Both the position numbers and the translations under genes were made by a program. A stretch of 64,000 nt of DNA, from assembly GCA_035527535.1 (NCBI GenBank), contig DATLAK010000084.1, forward strand, positions 9,413 to 73,412, in the 5' to 3' direction. Below, piece after piece: positions 48,049 through 57,342 of the stretch. Each line of letters begins with the position of its first letter. The first letter of the stretch is position 1. The notes beneath the pieces are model-generated. The model did no database searches, was not told the origin of the DNA, and worked only from the letters and a program-made list of their open reading frames with translations. The stretch comes from Armatimonadota bacterium (GTDB lineage: Bacteria; Armatimonadota; Hebobacteria; GCA-020354555; CP070648).

Positions 48049-48783
48049 ATGTGCGCGCTTTCGCAATCGCACCTTGATATCGCGGACAACGTGGCGCGCG
48101 TGCGCGAGCGGGTCGCGGCCGCGGCCGCCCGTGTTGGGCGCCGCCCCGAGGATATCACCCTCGTCGCCGCCGCGAAAACCATCGCCCCCGAACTTATCGC
48201 CGACGCGGCCGCAGCGGGGATCACCGATGTCGGCGAGAACTACGTCCAGGAGGCGCGCGCCAAGATCGAGCGCCTCGGCCGCGGCGTGCGCTGGCACCTG
48301 GTCGGACACCTGCAGACCAACAAGGCCACGCAAGCGGTGGAGCTGTTCGACCTCGTGCAGACGGTGGACAGCGAGCGCCTGGCGCGGGAGCTGGATCGCC
48401 GGGCGCGCGCCGCCGGGCGCCGGCTGGCGGTGCTGGTGCAGGTCAACACCAGCGGCGAAGGGACCAAGTTCGGGGTCGCCGGCGATGACGCGCCGGGCCT
48501 GGCCGAAGTCGTGGCCGGTTTGCAGGGCCTCGAGCTAAGAGGGCTGATGACCATCGGGCGGTTCGGCGCGGAGCGGCAGGCGGCGCGCCCCGATTTCCGA
48601 TTGCTGCGCCGCCTGTTCGAGCAGATCGCGGCTTCCCTCCCCGGGGCGCCGATGACATGGCTGTCAATGGGCATGAGCCAGGACTTCGAGGTCGCGATCG
48701 AAGAAGGAGCGAACATGGTGCGGGTGGGCACCGCGATTTTCGGCGCCCGCCCGGCCGCAGCCGGTGAGCAGGGGAACGGATGA
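48049..48783 (+). CDS. yggS: YggS-family PLP homeostasis protein
   Basis: Alanine-racemase N-terminal-like fold, LVAAAKT (PLP Lys), HLVGHLQTNKA. Confidence 0.8.
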   Translation: MCALSQSHLDIADNVARVRERVAAAAARVGRRPEDITLVAAAKTIAPELIADAAAAGITDVGENYVQEARAKIERLGRGVRWHLVGHLQTNKATQAVELFDLVQTVDSERLARELDRRARAAGRRLAVLVQVNTSGEGTKFGVAGDDAPGLAEVVAGLQGLELRGLMTIGRFGAERQAARPDFRLLRRLFEQIAASLPGAPMTWLSMGMSQDFEVAIEEGANMVRVGTAIFGARPAAAGEQGNG

Positions 48784-48954
48784 ATCGGCGAGACGGTCGC
48801 GGCTGGCTTGGCCTGCAGGCGCTTCAGCGTTCAACTGCTCGCCCGCTGCGCACGGGCGAACACAACCGAATAGGGCACCACGAACCCGTTGCCGGCCGTA
48901 GGCTGACGGCATACAGCACACTTGCAGCACACATCACAGAACCGGGAGGGTCGC

Positions 48955-49356
48955 ATGTCAGGCGTAGTGGAACGGGTCAAGGGCTGGTTGTTCGCCGAGG
49001 ACGACGGCGATGAGACGGCGGCGCCGGTGAGCGCGGACCGCGGCGCCAAACCACGATTGCTTCTCCATCCCCGCCAGGACGAGATCTTCGTCCGCTGGCC
49101 CAAGTCGCTGGATGACGCCCAGGTCTGCGCCGATTGCTTGAAGGCGCGCCGGCCGGTGATCGTCAACCTGCGCATGCTCGAGGATCTTCAGGCTCGCCGC
49201 GTGCTCGATTTTCTGGGCGGCGTCGTTTACGCCATTGACGGCCACCTGGAGCAGGCAGGCGACGGCATCTACGTCCTCGCACCCGCGGCCATGCTCATCA
49301 CCGCCGAGGCGGACGAGCAGCCCGTCGCCGCCGACCTCTGGAGCGATCCCTCCTAG
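48955..49356 (+). CDS. sepF: cell division protein SepF
   Basis: ~130 aa. RPVIVNLRMLEDLQARRVLDFLGGVVYAIDGHLEQAGDGIYVLAP. Confidence 0.75.
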   Translation: MSGVVERVKGWLFAEDDGDETAAPVSADRGAKPRLLLHPRQDEIFVRWPKSLDDAQVCADCLKARRPVIVNLRMLEDLQARRVLDFLGGVVYAIDGHLEQAGDGIYVLAPAAMLITAEADEQPVAADLWSDPS

Positions 49357-49482
49357 GATCGCCGCGGCGTCCCCACCGCCGGCGGTGACGGCTGTTCGCA
49401 GCCCCACGGTGGGCGCAGGCCAGGCGCGGGCGCGCCACACCGGGCCGCGCGCGGGGCTGCGGCGTCACGCTGCGGCGTTACT

Positions 49483-50307
49483 ATGTCCGACGCCCGCACC
49501 ATAGCGATCATCGGCACCGGCCGCATGGGCACGGCGCTGGCGAGCGGCCTCATCGCCACCGGCGCCGCCGCCGCCTCGATTCGCGCCTTCGATCACGACC
49601 CGGCGCGCCTGCGCGCCGTCGAGGGCCTGGGCTTGACCCCGTGCGCCGACACGGCGGCAGCGGCCGCCGGGGCGGCCCTGATCGTGATCGCGGTCAAGCC
49701 GGCGGACGTCCCCGCCGCGCTCGCGCAAGTCGCTCCCTCCCTCACTGCTGCAACCCAGACGGTGCTGTCGCTCGCCGCGGGGGTCACGACGCGGGCGCTG
49801 CGCGCGGCGCTGCCGCGGGACTGCCCGGCGGGGGTGGTACGGGCGATGCCCAACACGCCCTGCGTGGTGGGCGAGGGGATGGCGGTGATCGCCGCGGACA
49901 GCCCCGCGTCGGCGAAGGGCATCGCCGCCGCGCGAGAGGTGCTGGCGGCGGTGGGGCGGGTCATCGAGCTGCCGGAGGCGCTGCTCGACGCCGCCACCGG
50001 GCTCTCGGGGAGCGGTCCGGCCTATGCCTTCGTCTTCATGCAGGCTTTGGCTGACGGCGGAGTTGCGGCCGGGCTGCCGCGGGTGGTGGCGATCGAGCTG
50101 GCGGCGCAGACGGTGCTGGGAGCGGCGCGCATGGTGCTGGCGGGAGAGGGGCACCCCGAGCAGCTCAAGGACGCGGTGATGTCGCCCGCGGGCACCACCG
50201 CCGCCGGCGTCGCCGCCCTCGAGGCGCGCGGGCTGCGCGCGGCGGCGATGGAGGCGGTCGTCGCCGCCTGGCGCCGCGCGCGCGAGTTGGGAGCAGAGGA
50301 CCCGTGA
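49483..50307 (+). CDS. proC: pyrroline-5-carboxylate reductase
   Basis: IAIIGTGRMG Rossmann, C-terminal dimerisation domain SPAGTT. Confidence 0.85.
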   Translation: MSDARTIAIIGTGRMGTALASGLIATGAAAASIRAFDHDPARLRAVEGLGLTPCADTAAAAAGAALIVIAVKPADVPAALAQVAPSLTAATQTVLSLAAGVTTRALRAALPRDCPAGVVRAMPNTPCVVGEGMAVIAADSPASAKGIAAAREVLAAVGRVIELPEALLDAATGLSGSGPAYAFVFMQALADGGVAAGLPRVVAIELAAQTVLGAARMVLAGEGHPEQLKDAVMSPAGTTAAGVAALEARGLRAAAMEAVVAAWRRARELGAEDP

Positions 50308-50594
50308 CCCCGGCGCAGATCGGCGTGAACATGCAAGTGATATCGCTCATCCACATGGCCTTCTGGCTGCTGCAGCTGCTGGTGTTGGCGCGAGTGATCA
50401 TTTCCTGGATCCGGGTAGATGCCCGGCATCCGCTGGTGCGCCTTATCCACGACCTGACCGAGCCCATGCTGCGGCCCTTGCGCTCGATGCTGCGCGTGCA
50501 GAGCATGGGGCTCGACTTCTCGCCCATCGTTCTCTTGCTCCTATTGTGGGTCGCGGAGCGGATAATCGTCAATCTGGTGGCAGGAGCGTTCTAG
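50304..50594 (+). CDS. yggT: YggT-family membrane protein
   Basis: ~90 aa, two TM helices, VIISWI motif. Confidence 0.65.
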   Translation: MTPAQIGVNMQVISLIHMAFWLLQLLVLARVIISWIRVDARHPLVRLIHDLTEPMLRPLRSMLRVQSMGLDFSPIVLLLLLWVAERIIVNLVAGAF

Positions 50595-50608
50595 TGGTCA
50601 ACGACATC

Positions 50609-51073
50609 ATGCCCATTGACATCGTCAACCAGAAGTTCCGCCAGGGTCTGCGGGGGTACGTGCAGACCGAGGTGGACGACTTCATGGGGCGAGTGGCGGA
50701 CGCATACGGCAAGGCGTTGGAGGAGAACGACCGCCTGAAGCAGCAACTGGAGAAGGCGGAGCGGGAGCTGCGCCAGTATCGGGATACGGAGGAGATGATC
50801 AAGAGCGCGCTGGTGCTGGCGGAAAAGACGGCGGACGAGGCGCGCAGTCGCGCGCAGGACAAGGCGAGCCTGATGGTGCGCGAGGCCGAGCAGCAGGCGC
50901 GCGAGACGCTGGCGGCGGCCCGGCGCGACGCGGAGGGCATAGCGCGCGAGGTGGAGGAGCTGCGACGCGAGCGAGCCCGCTTCGAGGCCGAGTTCCGGGG
51001 GCTGCTGGAGACCTACCTCCACCTGCTGGCGGGCGGCTCGCGCGCCGAAACGGTACCGGATCAGTCATGCTAG
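50609..51073 (+). CDS. divIVA: DivIVA-domain protein
   Basis: MPIDIVNQKFRQGLRGY N-terminal DivIVA motif plus a coiled-coil. Confidence 0.75.
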   Translation: MPIDIVNQKFRQGLRGYVQTEVDDFMGRVADAYGKALEENDRLKQQLEKAERELRQYRDTEEMIKSALVLAEKTADEARSRAQDKASLMVREAEQQARETLAAARRDAEGIAREVEELRRERARFEAEFRGLLETYLHLLAGGSRAETVPDQSC

Positions 51074-52518
51074 CGAGCGAGGAGCCGAGACCGCAACCGC
51101 AGCCGGCCCCGCAGGGAGACTCGCGGGGCCGTATCGCAGCAGCGGTGGTGCTGCTGGGGTTGGCGGCGCTGGGGCTGACCGCCGAGGTCGTGGTGTCCAC
51201 CGCCACCGACGCCGGCCGCGCCCAGATGCGCACCCACCAGGCGCGCATGGATCTCTTCCAGGGCCGGGTGGTGCTGGGGCTGACCTACTACCTGGAGGGC
51301 CTTGAGTCCGACCGGTCGTTTGCCCTGCGGCAGCGCAAGGCGGCGGGGCGCTTCGCGCGCATGGGCGTCCAGAGTGCGGCGGCGTACTTCCAGCGGGCGG
51401 CGCAGGGGCTCCAGGACCCGCAGGAGCATACCGCCGCCATCGCCTCGGCGGCGGCGCTCTATGCCCACGGCGGCGATACCATGCGCGCGCTGCGGGTGCT
51501 TCAGGGGTCACTGGACATCGGCCGTCGCGACGTCCTGTCGCTGCTGGCTCAACTCTACGCCAACAACCGGCTCACGCAGGAATGGCTGGTCAGCGAAGCG
51601 GCGGCGTGGATACCGCAGCGGGTGCCGGCGCACCTGCTGATCGAATCGCAGATCGCGGTCAGCGGCGGCCGCGTGCAGCGGGACCTCGAGCTGCGCCGGA
51701 GCATGTTCGAGGCGGGGGTGCGGCTGGTCAAGCGGGTGGGGGCGTTGATGGCAGGCTTCATCGCGCTCATGCTGCTGGGGGTCGGGGTGCTGCTGTGGGG
51801 AATCCTGCGGCGGGCCGGCTTCGGCCCCTACCACGGCCTGCCCGAACGCCCCTGGGGGGCGTGGGCGGGCCTGGAGCTGGTGGGGGCGTGGCTGGTGCTG
51901 AGCACGCTCGTGGCAGGGGGCACTCTTGCGTTCGCGCGTCGCCTGGGCACGACGGGCGTCATCGCCGCCATCTTGGCCTCATACATCGCGGCCTCGGTGC
52001 TTGCCCTGTGGTGGTTTGCCGCGGCGGTGGCGCCGCCGGGCACGGGCCTGCGCACCGCCGGCTGGCGCCGCCTGTCGGTGGCCAAGAGCATCGCCCACGG
52101 CATCGGCGCCTACGCTGCGGCCCTGCCGCTGGCCATGGCGGCGGTCGTCGTTGCCAGTCGCCTGCTGCCCGCGCCGCCCGTCAACCTGCTGGTGGCCGAG
52201 ATGACCCGGGCGCATGGGCTGGCGGCGCGCGCGCTGCTGCTGGTGCTGCTGTGCGTGGCCGCGCCGGTGGTGGAGGAGACGGTGTTCCGCGGAGCCCTCT
52301 ACGGCGGCATGCGCAAGCGCTGGACGATGCCGGTGGCGGCGCTGGCGAGCGCGGTGGTGTTCGCGCTCGTGCACCTCAACTGGGTGAGCTTCGTGCCGGT
52401 GCTGGTGCTCGGGGTGGCGCTGTGCGTGGTTTACGAGCGCACGGGGTCGCTGCTGCCGGGGATGGTCGCGCACGGCCTTTTCAACTTCGCTACCGCGGTC
52501 GCGCTATTCCTGCTCTAG
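51067..52518 (+). CDS. CPBP-family intramembrane metalloprotease (CAAX protease) with long N-terminal extension
   Basis: EETVFRGALYG (EExxxR), FALVHL, HGLFNF motifs in C-terminal TM helices. Confidence 0.7.
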   Translation: MLASEEPRPQPQPAPQGDSRGRIAAAVVLLGLAALGLTAEVVVSTATDAGRAQMRTHQARMDLFQGRVVLGLTYYLEGLESDRSFALRQRKAAGRFARMGVQSAAAYFQRAAQGLQDPQEHTAAIASAAALYAHGGDTMRALRVLQGSLDIGRRDVLSLLAQLYANNRLTQEWLVSEAAAWIPQRVPAHLLIESQIAVSGGRVQRDLELRRSMFEAGVRLVKRVGALMAGFIALMLLGVGVLLWGILRRAGFGPYHGLPERPWGAWAGLELVGAWLVLSTLVAGGTLAFARRLGTTGVIAAILASYIAASVLALWWFAAAVAPPGTGLRTAGWRRLSVAKSIAHGIGAYAAALPLAMAAVVVASRLLPAPPVNLLVAEMTRAHGLAARALLLVLLCVAAPVVEETVFRGALYGGMRKRWTMPVAALASAVVFALVHLNWVSFVPVLVLGVALCVVYERTGSLLPGMVAHGLFNFATAVALFLL

Positions 52519-52547
52519 GGGCGCGACTTCGCTGAAGTCGCGGTTGT

Positions 52548-52574
52548 CTCGCCCCGACCGGTCGGGGCGCCCGT
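52548..52574. repeat. REP-B CTCGCCCCGACCGGTCGGGGCGCCCGT (second exact copy), preceded by hairpin CGCGACTTCGCTGAAGTCGCG
   Basis: Exact 27-mer shared with 44897-44923. Confidence 0.65.
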
Positions 52575-52577
52575 GAG

Positions 52578-52889
52578 GTGGGCGACTTGCGCAAGAAAAC
52601 GGAAAGCACGGGAGGCCCGGTGACCCTGCGCGTGCGCGTGCGCCCGCGGGCGGCGGCCGATGCTATCGAGGCCGACGTCGCGGCGCGAGAGGTGATCGTG
52701 TCGGTCACCGCGCCGGCGGTCGAGGGCAAGGCCAACCGCGCGATGCTGGCGCAGATCGCCGAGCACCTGGGGGTCGCGCGGTCGTCACTGCACATCGTGT
52801 CGGGGGAGAAATCGCGGCGCAAGGCCGTGCGCGTCCACGGCCTGGGCGAGGCGGAGGTGTGGCGGCGGCTGGGAGGCGGACGAGAGTAG
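52578..52889 (+). CDS. DUF167 (YggU) family protein
   Basis: VRVRPRA...EGKANRAMLAQIAEHLGVARSSLHIVSGEKSRRKAV. Confidence 0.65.
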   Translation: MGDLRKKTESTGGPVTLRVRVRPRAAADAIEADVAAREVIVSVTAPAVEGKANRAMLAQIAEHLGVARSSLHIVSGEKSRRKAVRVHGLGEAEVWRRLGGGRE

Positions 52890-53005
52890 TCTCCGCGGAC
52901 CTCGCGCGGGTCGCGGAGGCTGGGCGTGCGCGGTTCGAGGCGCCAAGTCGGCCCCTCGGAGAGCACCGGTCGGGAGACGCGCAGCTGCCAGCCTGTTGAC
53001 TGCAA

Positions 53006-53905
53006 GTGCACCATGGGAGACCGCTGGCGATGAACTTGAGAATCGGCGATGGTCGCGACTGGGCCTTTGTCAACGGCGCGTGGAGCGAAGACGCGGCAGG
53101 GCGGATTGACTGCCCGACCACCCCTGACAACCACGCCCTGGCGTTCCATCTGCCGCAGGCGTTCGCGGACGCGACCGTGGGGTTCGAGTTCCTGGCGAGC
53201 TATCGCGAGACCGGCGCCGGCGATGTCGGGGTCATCCTGCGCGCGCGGGGCGCCAATGACTACTATTGGGTCAGCTTCCCGTGGTGCGCGCAGCAGGCGC
53301 GCGCCAAACACTTCTGGGCGGCGATCTCGAGGGTTGACTCCTCGGGCTACGTCCGCAACCTCAAGCTGGCGATCATACCGGGGGTGCCGAGCGAGACCGA
53401 ACGCTGGTACCAGGCGCGGGTGGAGTGCGCGGGCGCGACGATTCGCGTGTGGGTCGAGGGCCGCCCGGGACCGGTGGTGAGCGACATCACGGCGGGCGCG
53501 GGGCGCATCGGCTTCGCCGGGTATGGGGGCTTCGCGCTGCGCAACCTGCGCGTCAGCGGCGATGCGGCGCCGGCACCCGCATGGGACGAGACCGCCCCGA
53601 CCGGTCGGGGCAACTGGTTTCATCCCGCGCCGGGCGCCAACGGGGGGCAGAGCATGCCCTCGCTGTGCCGCACGCCCGGGGGCGATCTCCTGCTGGCGAT
53701 CCCGACGGTGGAGACCGATCAGACTTTCGTGGTGCGGTCGCGCGACCACGGACGCTCTTGGGGGCAACCGCAGGAGCTGCCAGCGGCGTTGAATGGCGGC
53801 ATCGTGCACGCGACCAAGAGCGGTCGGCTGGTGCTGCAGGTGGTCCACGCTGGGCCCCGCCGTATCCTAATGGCGGAATCGCAAGATGACGGGCGCACCT
53901 ACTGA
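53006..53905 (+). pseudogene. BNR/Asp-box repeat protein, apparently 3'-truncated (ends ...SQDDGRTY*)
   Basis: Asp-boxes SRDHGRSW and SQDDGRTY, with the stop directly after the latter. The 3' end overlaps the first copy of the tandem duplication. Confidence 0.4.
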
Positions 53906-55470
53906 AACATCGTCTGCTTCACCTGCGGCGGCAGCTGCGAGGAGAAGTCCAGCAGGTGCCGCCGCAGTATCGGCGCTTCCGCTGGGTCAACCGCATAGAA
54001 GGTGACGGTGTCGCCGGCGCAGATCAGGTTAACCGGTATGCGCCACTTGCCCACCATCACCCACTCGCGGGGCAGGCCGCCGAAGGGCGTGAACCATCCC
54101 CGGTAGGCGATGGCGACCTTGACTCCCTTGGCGCGCGCCAACCGGCGGATGGTTGCGGTGTCATAGGTCCGGCTCAGGCGCGCGGCTGCTACCTCCGGGG
54201 TGCCCAGCCCCCACAAGTCCAGCAGCTTGATGTCCGCCAGGTAATCCACGGCTCCGATATCGTTGGCCGCGACCGCCTCCCCTTGATAGTACTGCCGGTA
54301 GAACCGACCCATCTGGTACTGCTGTTGATAAATGTTCGCGACGGTGATATGCGTGACGGTGATCGTGTACAGCCCGTGTTGTCCGATCGGCATGAGCAGC
54401 AGCGCCCCGGTCGCCGCCAGCGCCGCCCGCAGGCGGGCGCGGTCCGACAGCCTGGTGGAACGCAGCGCCGCGAACACGGAAACGGCGAGTGCATAGATCC
54501 CCAAGGTGGCGAGGTAGGCGTCGTAGCGGAGCAACCCCGCCTTTGCCAGCAGCACCTGCATCCCCAAGACGACCAGGAATACCAGGAGCGCCAACTGCTC
54601 CCTCCGCCATATGCCGCGTCTCCTCAGCAGGCCGTAGCCGAACAGCAGCGCGCAAGGGACTGCCACTTGCCACACGCGGGATTGCGCCGCCAGCTCCAGC
54701 CCCTTCATCTCCCCCGCCAAGCCCAAGCAGGCGCTCTTGAGCAGCACCGAGTTGGGCAGCCAGCGGCCACCATGGGCGATCGCGACCACCCCGTAGGCCG
54801 CCAACGGAACCGCCGCCAGGCCTGCCAGCGCGATCGCCAGCGCCCACCTTCGCCGCAGCAGGAACAGCGGCATCACCGCCGCGATCAGGAATAGTCCCTC
54901 ATAGCGGATGGCGGTGATCAGGGGAGTCAGCGCCAACATGAGCACTGCGTTGGTGCGCGGCTGGTCCTGGCGAGTGAGCGCCTGGATGCAGAGGCAAACG
55001 AAGGCCAGGTCCACCGACGCCTGCAGCACGTGCTCCATGCCCGTGAACACCAGCCACGGCAGCGGCACGAAGATAATCAGCTCTACCAGTACCAGCAGGA
55101 TATAGACGCTTGGCAACTGGGCGCGCTTCAGCAGGAGGAACATCAGGCCGACCAGCAGTGTCGCGAAGACGATGTTGAGCGCAAGCGGCACGATCTCGCT
55201 CGGCCCTACCAGCAGATAGGGAAGGGCTACCAGCAGCGGCCACAACAGCGAGGACTGCGAGGAGCTGAAGCCATATTTCGTGACCCCCAAGACGCCATCC
55301 TGCACCAGGTGCTTGGCCAGCGCCATGTGGATATAGGCGTCATCCAGGCCGTACACCACGCGCCCGCCGGTCACGGACAGGGAGCGCTCAAGGATCACCG
55401 CCAGGTTCCACCATAGGAACGCTATGGCGACCACCAGCGGCCAGTTTTCGCGCACCCACTTCAACCGCAC
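53899..55470 (-). CDS. polytopic membrane protein (~10 TM, putative GT-C-fold glycosyltransferase-like), paralog 1
   Basis: 523 aa. YGLDDAYIHM in the first extracytoplasmic loop. Soluble C-terminal domain. Confidence 0.6.
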   Translation of the reverse strand: MRLKWVRENWPLVVAIAFLWWNLAVILERSLSVTGGRVVYGLDDAYIHMALAKHLVQDGVLGVTKYGFSSSQSSLLWPLLVALPYLLVGPSEIVPLALNIVFATLLVGLMFLLLKRAQLPSVYILLVLVELIIFVPLPWLVFTGMEHVLQASVDLAFVCLCIQALTRQDQPRTNAVLMLALTPLITAIRYEGLFLIAAVMPLFLLRRRWALAIALAGLAAVPLAAYGVVAIAHGGRWLPNSVLLKSACLGLAGEMKGLELAAQSRVWQVAVPCALLFGYGLLRRRGIWRREQLALLVFLVVLGMQVLLAKAGLLRYDAYLATLGIYALAVSVFAALRSTRLSDRARLRAALAATGALLLMPIGQHGLYTITVTHITVANIYQQQYQMGRFYRQYYQGEAVAANDIGAVDYLADIKLLDLWGLGTPEVAAARLSRTYDTATIRRLARAKGVKVAIAYRGWFTPFGGLPREWVMVGKWRIPVNLICAGDTVTFYAVDPAEAPILRRHLLDFSSQLPPQVKQTMFQ

Positions 55471-55660
55471 TTACCCCCGGCCGCGTCTCAGGCGATCCCG
55501 CGAGGGTTGGGTCCCGCCTCCATACCAAGGGTCACCATCGCTCAGCGGTTCCCGGTATGGGACTCCTTGTGCTTGTTCGCCCTCGCAAAGCCCTCCCCTT
55601 CCATCAGGTCCCTGGCTGATGGGGGACGGCGGTCTGCAACCCGGGCCGTAATCACGGGAC

Positions 55661-57232
55661 CTACTGAAAAACCAACTGCTCCACCTGCGGCGGCAGTTCC
55701 GAGGAGAAGTCCAGCAGGTGCCGGCGTAACATCGGCGCTTCCGAGGGGTCAACCGCATAAAAAGTGACGATCTCCTCGGCGCAGATGACGTTGGCCGGTA
55801 TGCGCCACTTGCCCACCATCACCCACTCGCGGGGCAGACCGCCGAAGCGCGTGAACCATGTCCAGTAGACCACGGCGACGTTGACTCCCTTGGCGCGCGC
55901 CAACCGGCGGATGGTCGCGGTGTTGTAGGTCCGATTCAGGCGCGCGGTCGTGACCTCCGTGTTCGCCAGCCCCCACAGGTCCAACAGTTTGGTGTCCGCC
56001 AGGAAGCTCACGGCGCCGATGTCATTGGCCGCGACCGCCTGCCCCTGATAGTACTGCCGGTAGAACCGACCCATCTGGTACTGCTGTTGGTAGATGTCCG
56101 CGACGGTCACGTGCGATAGGATCATGGTGGACAAGCCCCATTGGCCGGGACGCAGGGCCAGCAGCACCCCCATGGCCAGCAATGCCGCCCGGACGCGGGT
56201 TGCCTCCGAAATGCTGATGGAACGCAGCGCCGCGAACACGGAAACGGCGAGTGCATAGAGGCCCAGGGCGACGAGATAGGCGTCGTAGCGGGATAACCCC
56301 ACCTTTGCCAGCAGGGCCTGCATCGCGAAGACGAGCAGGAAAATCAGGACCGCCAACTGCTCCGTTTGCCATATGCCGCGCCTCGCCCGCAGGCCCCAAA
56401 GGTATAGGAGCACGCAGGGCACCACCAGATACCATAGGCGGGAGCGCGCCGCCAGCGTCAGCCCCCCGACCTCCCCCGGCAAGTCCAAGTACGCGCTCTT
56501 GAGCAGCACCGAATTGGGCAACCAGTAACCGCCGTGGCTGATCGCGACCACCCCGTAGGCAGCCAAGGGGGCCGCCGCCAGGCCTGCCAGTGCAATCGCC
56601 AGCGCGAAGCGGCGGCGCAGCAGGAACAGCAGGATCGCCGCCGCGATCAGGAACAGCCCCTCGTAGCGGATCCCGGTTATCAGGGGAGTCAGCGCCAGCA
56701 TGAGCACTGCGTTGGCGCGCGGCTGCTCTTGGCGGGTGAGCGCCTGGATGCAGAGATAAACGAAGGCCAGGTCCATCACCGCCTGCAGCAGGTGCTCCAT
56801 GCCTGTGAACGCCAGCCACGGCACCGGCAGGAACACGATCAGCTCCGCCAGCACCAGCAGGATGAAGGCGTTCGGCAGCCCCGCGCGCTTCAGCAGGAGG
56901 AACATCAGGGCCACCAGCAGCGTCCCGAAGACGATGTTGAACGCGAGGGGCACGATCTCGCTCGGCCCCACCAGCAGATAGGGAAGGGCCAGCAGCAGCG
57001 GCCACAACAGCGAGGACTGGGACGAACTGAAGCCGTACTTGGTGACGCCCCAGATGCCATCTTGCGCCAGGTGCCTGGCCACCGCCATGTGGATGTAGGC
57101 GTCATCCAGGCCGTAGACCAGGCTCCCGCCGGTCACAGACAGCGACTGATGGAGGATCACCCCCAGGCTCAGCCACAGCAGCGCTATGGCGACCACCAGC
57201 GGCCAGTTCTCGCGCACCCACCTCAATCGCAC
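55661..57232 (-). CDS. polytopic membrane protein, paralog 2 (tandem duplicate)
   Basis: Same length. Roughly 85-90% identical at the amino-acid level by eye across the full protein, including ~50 bp of upstream sequence. Confidence 0.6.
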   Translation of the reverse strand: MRLRWVRENWPLVVAIALLWLSLGVILHQSLSVTGGSLVYGLDDAYIHMAVARHLAQDGIWGVTKYGFSSSQSSLLWPLLLALPYLLVGPSEIVPLAFNIVFGTLLVALMFLLLKRAGLPNAFILLVLAELIVFLPVPWLAFTGMEHLLQAVMDLAFVYLCIQALTRQEQPRANAVLMLALTPLITGIRYEGLFLIAAAILLFLLRRRFALAIALAGLAAAPLAAYGVVAISHGGYWLPNSVLLKSAYLDLPGEVGGLTLAARSRLWYLVVPCVLLYLWGLRARRGIWQTEQLAVLIFLLVFAMQALLAKVGLSRYDAYLVALGLYALAVSVFAALRSISISEATRVRAALLAMGVLLALRPGQWGLSTMILSHVTVADIYQQQYQMGRFYRQYYQGQAVAANDIGAVSFLADTKLLDLWGLANTEVTTARLNRTYNTATIRRLARAKGVNVAVVYWTWFTRFGGLPREWVMVGKWRIPANVICAEEIVTFYAVDPSEAPMLRRHLLDFSSELPPQVEQLVFQ

Positions 57233-57342
57233 GCACCCCCGGCCGCGTCTCAGGCGGCCCCGCGAGCGTTTCCGCCTGCCCGCTCACATCCTGATCTTGG
57301 CGGCCGCGGCTCCGCCACCCCCTGGCGCCGCCGGCCGCCCCC

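Larger units (their letters stand above)
53898..57270 (-). repeat. tandem direct duplication, ~1.61 kb units at 53898-55508 and 55660-57270 (~150 bp spacer)
   Basis: Both units begin with the shared 10-mer ACCTACTGAA (CCTACTGAAACATCG / CCTACTGAAAAACCA) and end with CCCCCGGCCGCGTCTCAGGCG. Stretches of near-identical nucleotides run throughout. Confidence 0.7.
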
